The notes beneath the pieces were generated by a model. The model was not told the DNA's origin, made no database searches, and saw only the letters and a list, made by a program, of their open reading frames with translations. DNA of 64,000 bases from Candidatus Altimarinota bacterium (GTDB lineage: Bacteria; Patescibacteriota; Gracilibacteria; UBA1369): contig OY782391.1 in the NCBI GenBank assembly GCA_963677745.1, positions 160,001-224,000 on the forward strand, written 5' to 3'. The translations under genes and the position numbers were made by a program. Shown in pieces: positions 52,301-60,069 of the stretch (position 1 is the stretch's first letter; each line of letters opens with the position of its first letter).

Positions 52301-52837
52301 GGCGGTCTGCGTTTTATCTTGGGCAAACAGGCTTATGATGAAGTAATCAGTCACTACAACTCCCCTTCCGACACCGCCTCTGCCGGCGTAACAAAATTCA
52401 TGGAAGTTGTAAAACAGGTTCGTGAAGCACAGCTGGCAGGCAAGGAAAGCATCACAGTAACCGGCGAAAAAGGAGTGAAATTCCTGCTGCGCGTAGTCAC
52501 GAACGTGCAATCCGGTATCTTTAACCGCTGCGGTAACTTCAGCTCCATCATCACCGAAGACGTAGTCATTATGCCTCCTCCGATCGAGGACGCCATGGGA
52601 CTGTTTGCTGCAGGCAGCGAAGCCAGAACCACCCTCAATGTCCAGACCTACAAAGAATTCCTGGGACTGTTCGGCGGAGTCACCGCGGCAGTTACCCTGC
52701 CTACGGGTGGACCAGGCGCTGCACCCGCCAGTACCGGCGGATCGGGAGGTGAAACAGGAGGAACAACCGGATCCGGTCAGGGAGGCACGGTTGAAGCAGG
52801 ACAAGGAGCAGGTACGGCAGAAACAGGATCATTTTAA
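46328..52837 (+). CDS. Giant hypothetical protein (2169 aa), no Sec signal, Gly-rich amphipathic beta region and hydrophobic hairpin
   Basis: Uninterrupted 6.5-kb ORF; no recognisable enzyme motif. Confidence 0.85.
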   Translation: MKDFENNNLLRFPEQNQNPFREKRTVWMSPVEQQSEKPAAGPGVDINKSDFDNLAFKNESRENFEKMGGSIDQTIKNLLKKLKVENKELTEDQINLLSGEFREGLQKSVADKWTSIADKIKQPASPAPSPADALDKFQNGLKDLNCIQIGLVHDNSDDTTKFKFYSKTGEIVFPATDIAIQYVPKQAREAVAGMEQEKGLQQFTVAKNAPKDRMTGGIDNLKFLESQGVTPKDGDWVEVIRGTNKIKAQYVEKDKKFITEAKTPLWLIAGDKIEYRPKAVEKPAAQIDVNIDGTPYGIVQQIDLPAGTTYLQVAEAIINNKGKLNNQPLVEDETVTRVTRTKISVPEYAELLKKAHDAMKGQRLPIIIPEAPKGRKEAGETKREQQETKVRTEREQAASKATDQYESKKALHTIQMELYNRDPEKWTELKALIAEYDAKLAAVPKNSEQFNELWEEFWDKMEGFFKNAGLSRSVSNETYLAMKAGKDSSAWKEMWDEKNPGAQKIINIIGKNPKVFTDKEQTKPNMIRNNIWKLVYDTGDGQSFDSEDIINTFGIKLPNEMNYEDVLALAAAPDTALKTPALKSLKSLCDQYGGAIEELANAIHDLNPSLTRRGAGKREHEKLSEKAPDFARDLKTMVDLLNVDSSTAIKQEDERNYSCIVEKSGKRLMLRSTKTSAGQTLSVLDPDNGTPLMKEYDYGRLDQQDYIDKINSIFNTMAKSVTAERAGEKPLAEIALTPNSKPTFHSLRDLESLNKGIPGMPVKDLLETGKTGGTRFGFDIDNLKNTLTDGLKTALTRMGVLNSAKFVDSPANRVEMQGNDSALVNVRYRGKDLTMKFENTTAGYNVYIASGFNQPADKMTQVHSEWGSMDSQDDFIKTMDEGVNKLPANAAKMETQNQNSERITASAKCFTDFNNKLAEYAKSVGYKVDLSLTYSQFVEAVFRSHSFADLKTEGCVAKVKGQEKAFILTSLPAKLQDIGHNLQLLQLVYSIKFGTVGDRSYVNLTSAASEKARESVDTQQKYEHRLKQLFAYGLTDFDQEGRKVTMGDTGVGRESTTYSSKDEYFKKASGNAAYNEFQMSFRRFDANGREIMDVPAANKRLNDLFQKGLAKLDMLKRAQPAYKELAEKVDKAGLKNRGPLDLNQEKDFTDLEAQVIRLGYLNFSEMQELEQTKTLEKAKEELVANILNLFPDTIVEPNGKTHSKQEIGTALKQLPFGVLLSYSYDSNTDTHAGGIHVPFILDVFGSKYAKLVLAPSVGSQGVGLTVGLAFTSEDPQNKEQRVIVYGGVSMGATLGPNTSFGAAISGGIDFKICKADEMDNFNYYIGLKGNAGINLAKNPAEMLGGGVGIKLLEWKIDTEQTLINARNKRFTEEGIKAPLDQLAAIYKNGSKPQEIKNFCDSLKGNKALAEKIGLTAEDMAPGNEANILMKFEQFVGAVTEDFYNTFDLPLVIGGEVNFGVTHGVLIASGAATGNIPLVLGTIVGWGIQFLASLNFNVGSRQVMTREQRTSEGNMEAFNDLKTQEQFDKAFTSFRRDSGSQEYYTSGRNLNTKEGGIRTEMGKSNSANLEINNFETQLGAFNETLTAKNIPMRIQSNPDKTIEVILLNSQAANNERILFSPDVATVVNGRIFLKNPNALTNLYFNQQSRVYPLETSHGATIETIITVSNNRFNKAADFPTEFSVTRLADNKDKPVFGGEKVPAGAPESYKRIEINRVEIKGDQDRMANALNQSQSQEAKENIRPDLKEQAKRILAYTNSKRETFISITNDESKENLENPNYFSQKLHSFYQDFAKDKKAEPFNAHEMRMLTLELSTLRYTEMMNSATGVTERAKVFEDRMKWAEKTLTPYFDRRIAEINAQLEATGKPKITHTGKELALKATQDLLYMSTKMPKTELPPGTSVFVAIGRGANGLNQILDGSKNPADEAEKGMVDQYGYIMGKDYTQIIRRAEPGNLDYEIGLILMGQLSKLPETKDVKNFMDSSLARKLASNGGLRFILGKQAYDEVISHYNSPSDTASAGVTKFMEVVKQVREAQLAGKESITVTGEKGVKFLLRVVTNVQSGIFNRCGNFSSIITEDVVIMPPPIEDAMGLFAAGSEARTTLNVQTYKEFLGLFGGVTAAVTLPTGGPGAAPASTGGSGGETGGTTGSGQGGTVEAGQGAGTAETGSF

Positions 52838-52869
52838 ATATAAAAATAAAAAATCTTCAAAAAAAAGAT

Positions 52870-55800
52870 ATGAAAAAGATATATACATTCCCCGCAATAC
52901 TGACTTCAATCCTAGCGACAATTCTGCTGATTCCTTCGGTACAGGCAGGATACGCGCCCCAGGTCAGAAATACCTGTACCCTGATGGTAAAACCATACAA
53001 TACGGAGTCAGGTGCGATTGAAATAAAAGATGATCCAAATACCGCCGTCCGGGAAGGAGAACAATACATCAATTACATCGGAAATTGTTCCAATTATCTC
53101 AGCTATGTCACGGCGACAGCCAATTTTCTGGGAAACAACCAGTATAAAATTCAGCCTCCCGATAAAAATTCTGCAGATACCGCTATCAAATCCAATGCCG
53201 GAAACATTCGCCTACCGATCACCAATCATCAGCACAATTACTACAACGACTCCTTCCAGGACTCCAAAAACGGTCAAACCTATTATTATCGGGCCATTGT
53301 AAAATCTTTTGAAATCAAACTGGAAAAAGATAGCGTGACCAACATTGAAAAAGTTGCCTGTTACACTCCCCGCCCTCTGGGTACACCCGATGAATTCACC
53401 ACCAACGTTGACTCCTGCAATAGATCATATACATATTGGGGAGGTACAACCGTCCAGACCATCAATAATGCCGATGGTACCAGAACGGTTAAATGGGTCT
53501 TTGGAACCAATAACACCGGCATTGCCTATGTTTTGGGAAATGACCCCGGTATAAACCCCAACCTGTCCAATGCAGAAGAACGCAAACTGCCTTTCAGCGT
53601 TGATTTGACAACCAAAAACCAAAATTCGGAAATCTGGAGTGCCTCTACCACCTCCAGGGTCTTAATCTCTGAACAATATATCAATGTAAATAATTATCCT
53701 GCCAATAATGGAAAAGGATGTAACGCCGCCGGAGTAAACAGTCCACAATCCGGTTGGTGTTATCTTGATCCCCCCCCGCCCACTCATCCACCCTATCCAA
53801 ATTCTTTCACCCAATATGTAAAAGAACCGGTAACAACCCCTTCAGGAGTTCAAAACACTTTCTACTGGCTGCCGATCGGTTCGGTTGGAACAATCTGGAG
53901 AAAAACCGCTACTCCCGATCTGTCCTGTGCCGACCTGCAATGGGACGGAGCATTCCAGAAAAAAAATCTGCTCGGTATTTTCTCACCGGACAACGTAAAT
54001 CCCAATGCACTGCTGGCCGATGAAGCGGCAGTCATGAAATTTAAAACCATTTATGAATCGGGCGGCGGCGTCAAGCGCCCCCTGGAATACCATTGGGTTG
54101 CCTTTTATGGCGATCAAAACCGGCCGGCCTGGTTCACCGACGAAGACACTTTATTTGTATTTGAAGCCTCACAGGCAATGAGTCAATATCTCAGTACCAG
54201 CCTCCCGCCCAGACTGTTGAAAGTTGCGCACGCCGCCGCCCAGTCGGCCGCGCAAAGCGCGGCCTCGTCCGCCTCGGCGGTTTCCGGCACCAGTGCTTCA
54301 GCCGCCCAAGCAGCTGCTCAGGCAGCCATGCTGAAAATCGGTGCGTTCAAAGACGAACTGAATTCGGTACTTTCCGGAAACCCCCTGATCGACAATGATC
54401 AGCAGATTTATTACAGCGGCGGTTCCGAAGGAGTAACGGTGGGAATACAGGCCTACTACGCCGACGGAAAAAACATCAGCGGCGACGGCCCGATGGTCAC
54501 CACCACCAGTGGTCAGAAACAGAAAGCCAAAAGCTGTCATCTGGAACTGGTGATACAACCACCACCGGTCAACTGTATTGATCTGGATATTTCCCCAAGC
54601 ACTATTCTCCCCAACACTCCGGTAACCTTTACAGTTACGCCCAAATTCAACCCCAGCAACAAAACCATTCCCCTTAATTACCGCTGGTCAGCCGACCAAT
54701 TCTCACTTTCCCCGCAATTTGATCTGGGAGACATGAATCTTCTGCCTGGAAGCTCCGATGCGGATAAAAATCCGACCTGGGTTGGCAGTGGAATCTTCGA
54801 TATCGTTGAAACTTCCGGTAATATCGGCAACATCCTCAATGGCGGCTGTCCGCCCAACTGTGAATACAAAGAACCACTCCCCGGAGGATTTGAAGTTGAC
54901 CCGCTCGGTCCGGTAACCGATATACAATACGCCGACTTCTCCGGTATGAGCGTTTCCGGCAATCAATTACAGAATGAAATGAACGGCGCCCAAAATTTCA
55001 ATGCTCTCGGCGCCAACATATTTGCCGACTTCGGTACTGCTGCCGCAGTCAAACCAAGTGCTTCTTCCGCCAATAAAGCTGTCAGTTCGGGAGTAAGTGC
55101 AGCACAGAGTGCCGCTCAGGTAAGTGCCAACAATCCGGCCTATCAGCAATTCTCACCGGGTGACCTGGGCGTAAGTCCGGCCTTTACACTACAATCCGGC
55201 GGATTCAAGGATTCTTCCAGTTCTTCCGGCTTGGCCATCAATCCTTTCCTGGAAACCGTGGATAATAAAACTTATTACACCGGTGGTCCCGGCAATACCG
55301 TCATCACCGTCAAAGGTGAGGGCAAAGATGGAAAAATTTATCCTCTCTGTAAAGATTCCCTGACCATTCCTCCATCAAATGTAATTTGTAAACTGCTGAA
55401 AGTTAAATTTCTGGAAAATGGTACTGAAGTCGCAATCGGAGACCTGATTGCCGGACATACCTACACTATTCAGGTGGATAAAGCAGCTTCGGTTAAAAGC
55501 GACAATACACCAATCACCAAATACACCGTCGGCGTCTATAACAACGGTGGTCCTGGCTCACTGACTCCGGCTCCCGGCAACGCCGCCAGCTGTTCCGACA
55601 TTGTCGTACAGCAGGTACTCAACCCCGGACCTTATCCCAAAGCCTATGGAACAAAGACCTCAACATCCGTGGATTGTAAATATGTTTATACTCCCAAAGC
55701 CAATGATCAGATAAACCTGTTGGCCGATCCCCATGACAATGTGGCAGACTGTCAGATTAAACAAACCATTCCCGCCGGACCGGGTGAAATTTGTGAAGAC

Positions 55801-58752
55801 CTTAATCTAACCACCTCTCCAGTGCTGGCAGGAAGCAGCATCGCCCAGGGACAACTGGTGGCTTTCAGTACCAATCCTCGCGACACCGGCAATGCTCTGC
55901 GTGATCCGGTCGTCTACAGTGAAAGCGGCAACGGTTACTTTGTCTCCAATTCCGGCGCCGGATGCCCGGCCGTACCGGCAGGAAACAATGTTTCGTTTGA
56001 AGCACCTTCCAGTTGTAAATATTCCTATCAGGCTCCCGATGATCAGACAGCCGCGACAGTAACAATCAAGGTGAAACAGGATGACGGCGTACCAAACTGC
56101 AGCCGCGTCTTCAATGTCCCTTCAATTCCCGATCAACCGGAAATCTGTCTGGCCCTCAACCTGAGAGTCAATGGTCAATATACTTTAAATCCCCTGATTC
56201 AGGCCGGCCAAAGTTACACACTGCAGGTAGACCCCATGACCACCAAAGGCCATTCGGTCAATATGGTGGAATGGACCGAAAACGGTGGAGGAAAGCTGAT
56301 TGGCGTCCCCGGCAATCCGGGTGTCTGTCCGGCTTCCATCGATAACGGTTCTGCCGTCACGCTAAGCGTCTGCCGCTATATTTTTGCTTCTCCCGCCGAC
56401 GCTACCAATATCGGCTTCTCGGTAAGGGCTGTACCGGATGACGGAGTTTTCAACTGCCGCGCCTCCGCCCAAAACTATACCCCGCCACAAGGCACGCCAT
56501 ACTGCTTATACCTGGATCTGGACTACACTCCGGAACCGTTCAATCCTCTCACCAATTCACAGATGAATGCCACTGTGGTGATGAGTGACGGCAGCAAGTA
56601 TAACGACTATGTCCGCTTCAATTCCACCAACGGAGCCGGTTATTTCTCCGGCGGTTACCAGGGAACATCGGGCAGCGGCACCAGCGATTTCCGCACCCAG
56701 ACCGACAGCAATAACAATACCCGCCAGGTCAGCTACGCCAACGGCAATTCCGACAGCGGAATCAACATTTTCCTCTCCGACACTTCCGTAAAGATGTCGG
56801 CGGCCTGCCAAAGACAATTGCGCCCGCAACCGACACAGGAGGAGGAATGTGAAAATCCTCCCCGGATAGTCAAGCATGACAACAAACAATATTGTGCCGA
56901 AGAAGGTGACAGCGCTTCCTACTGCTGGACAATCGACGGAGCAGGCAATCCGTTGTTCAACAACGGGAAAACCACCGCCACCGGCAATTGTGTAACCTTG
57001 AACGGAGATTATTCCAGCTTTGATCTGAAAGTGGAAGACTGCAATCCTCAGTATCGCGACTACTGTTTCGATACTCTGGAAAAAGAGGATACTCCCAAAC
57101 TGGAAAAGAGAATCAGTAAACATTCCCCTCTCCGCTACGGCACCAAGATCAATTACTCCACTACCGGCAGCCAGAATCAGATTGTGGATTACAAGATTGA
57201 ATTTACACCGGCCAATTATCAGGACGGCAACTCCATGCTGGTCAGAATCCATGATCCGGCCTTTACCGGAAAACTGCAGGGCTGGAAGACCTCCTCCGAC
57301 GGTGAGTCTAAAGGCTTAGGAGGCACCATTGATTTCAGCAATATTGAAAACACCGTAAAAATCTCCGGATACGGCCTCTGCCAATCCGGTGCCAGCCGCA
57401 TGGATAAATGTTTCCTGGTGGATAAAGCAGGCGGCTACCTGGAAATCCGCGGTATTACTTCACCGGACAAACTGACCATCGAATACAGCGGCCAACTAAA
57501 ATCCGGCCTGACCAATGAAGATTGTCAGCTGGGAGAGTGGTGCAATGAACAATTCATCAACCAGTCCTATGTCACCGACATGCAGTACTGCCGTGAAGAA
57601 ACCGATTCGGAAGGCAATACAACGGTAGTCTGCGAAGATGTTCCCAAACCTCAAAACCCGCGCTGCGAATATTTCTACAATGAAAAAGGAGAAAAAGTGC
57701 TGGTGTCCGGCAACAAGCAGGATTGTGAAATGCCCAAGTATACCATCGCCAGCAACACCACTTTGGCCGAACTGGTCTGTCAGTACTTCCTGACCAGAGC
57801 CAGCGGCGACGTCTTTATGGAAGACGATCTGGTCTACGGCATCGATGTTTCCAAATGCTACCCCTTCAAGAACATTTCCTCCACCGTAGTTAAACCGGTC
57901 AAACCCATTGAGGGCAATCTGGCCAAAACCGGTACTCCGGAAGTGGTCAACATCAGCCATGAAATCTGTTCCGCCGGCCAGAGCAATTTCGACAATCTCA
58001 AACTGAAGCCTGAACAGATCAAGAATCTTAAAGAACTGTTCGGATCGGATATCTCCAAACTGTCCAGCCAGATCTGTGAAGTGGGACTGGTACCGGGTTC
58101 GGATTGGAACAAAGAAAATATCTCCGCCTCGATCAGTCAGAATATCGGCAAATTGACCAGATGGAGCAGCGACTTCAATCCCAGCAATCTGATTCAGGGA
58201 GTCAGCGACATCCCGGCTGGTGGAGTCTATTACTACAAAGGCAATGGCGATACGGTTACGATCGACAAGCTTTCCATTCCCGAAGGCAGCGGCGCCCTGA
58301 CCATCATTGTGGAAAATGCCGATCTGCAGATCAATGGCAATATCGAGTATTCCGCTACCGGAGCGCCGGCCGATACGGCCGATAAAATCTCCTCACTGGG
58401 AGTAATCGTTCTGGACGGCAATATGTACGTTGCACCCAATGTAGACAAGCTGGCCGGCGCTTACTTCATCCAAAGAACCGCTGATGCCACCGATCCATCA
58501 TACTATCTCAAAGGCAATGTAATTTCCGGCAGCAAAGCAGCTGCGGGACTTATCTCCAATGTCATGCTGACCGTCAACGGATCCATCTACGGAAACATCG
58601 GTCCGCTCTTTGACAGCCGCGTGGCAGCCGGTGATATCTCCAAGGATGAAGGTGCCATTACCATCCGTTACGACCAGAGAATAATCCAGAATCCTCCCGC
58701 CGGTCTGGCCGAAATTCTCGGAACCTTCAGCCAAAGCCAGATAGCTCAGTAA
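52870..58752 (+). CDS. Giant secreted Cys-rich repeat surface protein/adhesin (1960 aa)
   Basis: Signal peptide MKKIYTF...SVQA; recurring CxxLxL modules; C-terminal LTIIVENADLQINGNI..LTVNGSIYG..IRYDQRIIQNPPAGL. Confidence 0.85.
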   Translation: MKKIYTFPAILTSILATILLIPSVQAGYAPQVRNTCTLMVKPYNTESGAIEIKDDPNTAVREGEQYINYIGNCSNYLSYVTATANFLGNNQYKIQPPDKNSADTAIKSNAGNIRLPITNHQHNYYNDSFQDSKNGQTYYYRAIVKSFEIKLEKDSVTNIEKVACYTPRPLGTPDEFTTNVDSCNRSYTYWGGTTVQTINNADGTRTVKWVFGTNNTGIAYVLGNDPGINPNLSNAEERKLPFSVDLTTKNQNSEIWSASTTSRVLISEQYINVNNYPANNGKGCNAAGVNSPQSGWCYLDPPPPTHPPYPNSFTQYVKEPVTTPSGVQNTFYWLPIGSVGTIWRKTATPDLSCADLQWDGAFQKKNLLGIFSPDNVNPNALLADEAAVMKFKTIYESGGGVKRPLEYHWVAFYGDQNRPAWFTDEDTLFVFEASQAMSQYLSTSLPPRLLKVAHAAAQSAAQSAASSASAVSGTSASAAQAAAQAAMLKIGAFKDELNSVLSGNPLIDNDQQIYYSGGSEGVTVGIQAYYADGKNISGDGPMVTTTSGQKQKAKSCHLELVIQPPPVNCIDLDISPSTILPNTPVTFTVTPKFNPSNKTIPLNYRWSADQFSLSPQFDLGDMNLLPGSSDADKNPTWVGSGIFDIVETSGNIGNILNGGCPPNCEYKEPLPGGFEVDPLGPVTDIQYADFSGMSVSGNQLQNEMNGAQNFNALGANIFADFGTAAAVKPSASSANKAVSSGVSAAQSAAQVSANNPAYQQFSPGDLGVSPAFTLQSGGFKDSSSSSGLAINPFLETVDNKTYYTGGPGNTVITVKGEGKDGKIYPLCKDSLTIPPSNVICKLLKVKFLENGTEVAIGDLIAGHTYTIQVDKAASVKSDNTPITKYTVGVYNNGGPGSLTPAPGNAASCSDIVVQQVLNPGPYPKAYGTKTSTSVDCKYVYTPKANDQINLLADPHDNVADCQIKQTIPAGPGEICEDLNLTTSPVLAGSSIAQGQLVAFSTNPRDTGNALRDPVVYSESGNGYFVSNSGAGCPAVPAGNNVSFEAPSSCKYSYQAPDDQTAATVTIKVKQDDGVPNCSRVFNVPSIPDQPEICLALNLRVNGQYTLNPLIQAGQSYTLQVDPMTTKGHSVNMVEWTENGGGKLIGVPGNPGVCPASIDNGSAVTLSVCRYIFASPADATNIGFSVRAVPDDGVFNCRASAQNYTPPQGTPYCLYLDLDYTPEPFNPLTNSQMNATVVMSDGSKYNDYVRFNSTNGAGYFSGGYQGTSGSGTSDFRTQTDSNNNTRQVSYANGNSDSGINIFLSDTSVKMSAACQRQLRPQPTQEEECENPPRIVKHDNKQYCAEEGDSASYCWTIDGAGNPLFNNGKTTATGNCVTLNGDYSSFDLKVEDCNPQYRDYCFDTLEKEDTPKLEKRISKHSPLRYGTKINYSTTGSQNQIVDYKIEFTPANYQDGNSMLVRIHDPAFTGKLQGWKTSSDGESKGLGGTIDFSNIENTVKISGYGLCQSGASRMDKCFLVDKAGGYLEIRGITSPDKLTIEYSGQLKSGLTNEDCQLGEWCNEQFINQSYVTDMQYCREETDSEGNTTVVCEDVPKPQNPRCEYFYNEKGEKVLVSGNKQDCEMPKYTIASNTTLAELVCQYFLTRASGDVFMEDDLVYGIDVSKCYPFKNISSTVVKPVKPIEGNLAKTGTPEVVNISHEICSAGQSNFDNLKLKPEQIKNLKELFGSDISKLSSQICEVGLVPGSDWNKENISASISQNIGKLTRWSSDFNPSNLIQGVSDIPAGGVYYYKGNGDTVTIDKLSIPEGSGALTIIVENADLQINGNIEYSATGAPADTADKISSLGVIVLDGNMYVAPNVDKLAGAYFIQRTADATDPSYYLKGNVISGSKAAAGLISNVMLTVNGSIYGNIGPLFDSRVAAGDISKDEGAITIRYDQRIIQNPPAGLAEILGTFSQSQIAQ

Positions 58753-58795
58753 AACCAATTTAAGAGCTTTCGAAAGTTATTATTCCCAAATCGAT

Positions 58796-58824
58796 AAAAG
58801 GCCCCGCTGCGCGGGGCCTTTTTT
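58796..58824 (+). terminator. Intrinsic (possibly bidirectional) terminator after giant-protein locus
   Basis: AAAAGGCCCCGC-tgc-GCGGGGCCTTTT followed by TT. Confidence 0.88.
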
Positions 58825-58958
58825 AAAGATATTTATTTAAAAGCCTATTCTTCCTTCAATACTTAGATCCGCAATCCATGCCATAACATTTTTTTACCTG
58901 CGGTTTTCACAAAGGTAAGATTTTCTTACGTTTGCGAACTTCGACTATGTGGAAATAA

Positions 58959-58984
58959 CCCCCATCATCCGCGGATGATGGGGG
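58959..58984. repeat. Perfect 26-bp palindrome
   Basis: CCCCCATCATCCGCGGATGATGGGGG equals its own reverse complement; ~50 nt downstream of holA stop. Confidence 0.9.
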
Positions 58985-59035
58985 AAAAGTGAAGAATTGT
59001 TTTGCACCGACCGGCCAGCGGATAAAAACCTTTTT

Positions 59036-60037
59036 CTATTGGCAGGATTTGACGATGAAGACTTCGATTTCGCGGATCAGTTCGCTTTCGTCGGTGGAGG
59101 TGATGCGGATGCGGCCGGTCTTGAAACCGGAATCTATATCCAGCAGCCGGCTGTAAATTTTTCTTAATTCCTCCTGGGGAAAACGTTTGCACTGGGTATA
59201 GATTTTATCAACCACAAAAGGATGTTCTTTGATGGTTTTGGCAATGGCGGCGGCCGACTGGCCGCGCGCAGAGAGATCCTTGACCTGGCACATAATCCGA
59301 AAATGTCTGACCAGCATAAAAAACATTCCCACCGCCTCCTCCCCGCTCTGTATCAGAATTTCAAATGTTTTCAGGGCTTCCCGGGTACGCCTTTCACCCA
59401 GCATATCGGTGAGCTTGAAAATGGAACTGCTGGGATTTGGACAAACAACTTGTTCAATCATCGCCCGGTCGATTGTCTTACCGCCGGCATAACCGACCAG
59501 TTTATCGATCTCCTTATCCAGATTCCACAGATTATTGCCGACCAATTCGCCTAAAAATCTGGATTCATTATCTCCGATCGTGACACCTTTTGATCTGCCC
59601 CGTTCCCGAATCCATTTATTCAAAGTGACACCGGTTTTCAAATTGTATTGCTCTATCTGAGCATGTTTAACCAGTCGCTTGAACAGTATTTTTCTGGCAT
59701 CCGGTTTGAAATGTTCCCAAAACAAAACCACAGCGTAATCCGGGACATGGTCGAGCATTTTGGCTACTTTTTCCTGGTCTTCGTCCTCGCCCTCGCTTAA
59801 AAAGTCGTTGATAAAAATCAGTTTTTTCTCGCTCAAAAACGGATAGGACTCCATGGCGGTCTGAAATTCCGAACCGGTCATCTCCTTTCCCCGGTAAACC
59901 AGACAATTGAGATCGCCAAATTTTCCCAGGAATTTGGATTTCCACAACTGTGCTTTTTCAAAAGCCGAAAAGCTGTCCTCCCCGCAAAACAGGTAGATAT
60001 TGTTTTTCTTTTCCTGATTTTCCGGGAGCATGGTCAT
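59036..60037 (-). CDS. holA: DNA polymerase III delta subunit
   Basis: IYLFCGED, YPFLSEKKLIFI, DARK, LDKEIDKL, SIFKLTD, HPFVV, DSGFKTG. Confidence 0.92.
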   Translation of the reverse strand: MTMLPENQEKKNNIYLFCGEDSFSAFEKAQLWKSKFLGKFGDLNCLVYRGKEMTGSEFQTAMESYPFLSEKKLIFINDFLSEGEDEDQEKVAKMLDHVPDYAVVLFWEHFKPDARKILFKRLVKHAQIEQYNLKTGVTLNKWIRERGRSKGVTIGDNESRFLGELVGNNLWNLDKEIDKLVGYAGGKTIDRAMIEQVVCPNPSSSIFKLTDMLGERRTREALKTFEILIQSGEEAVGMFFMLVRHFRIMCQVKDLSARGQSAAAIAKTIKEHPFVVDKIYTQCKRFPQEELRKIYSRLLDIDSGFKTGRIRITSTDESELIREIEVFIVKSCQ

Positions 60038-60069
60038 GTTTTAGGAGGCCAATAATCTGACTGAATAAA

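Noticed and set aside
58830-58950. c-di-GMP-I riboswitch or short peptide ORF on the minus strand
   Set aside because: GCAAAC plus a hairpin is present but the GNRA loop and second conserved stem are not; no downstream gene to regulate; the 15-codon ORF has no support
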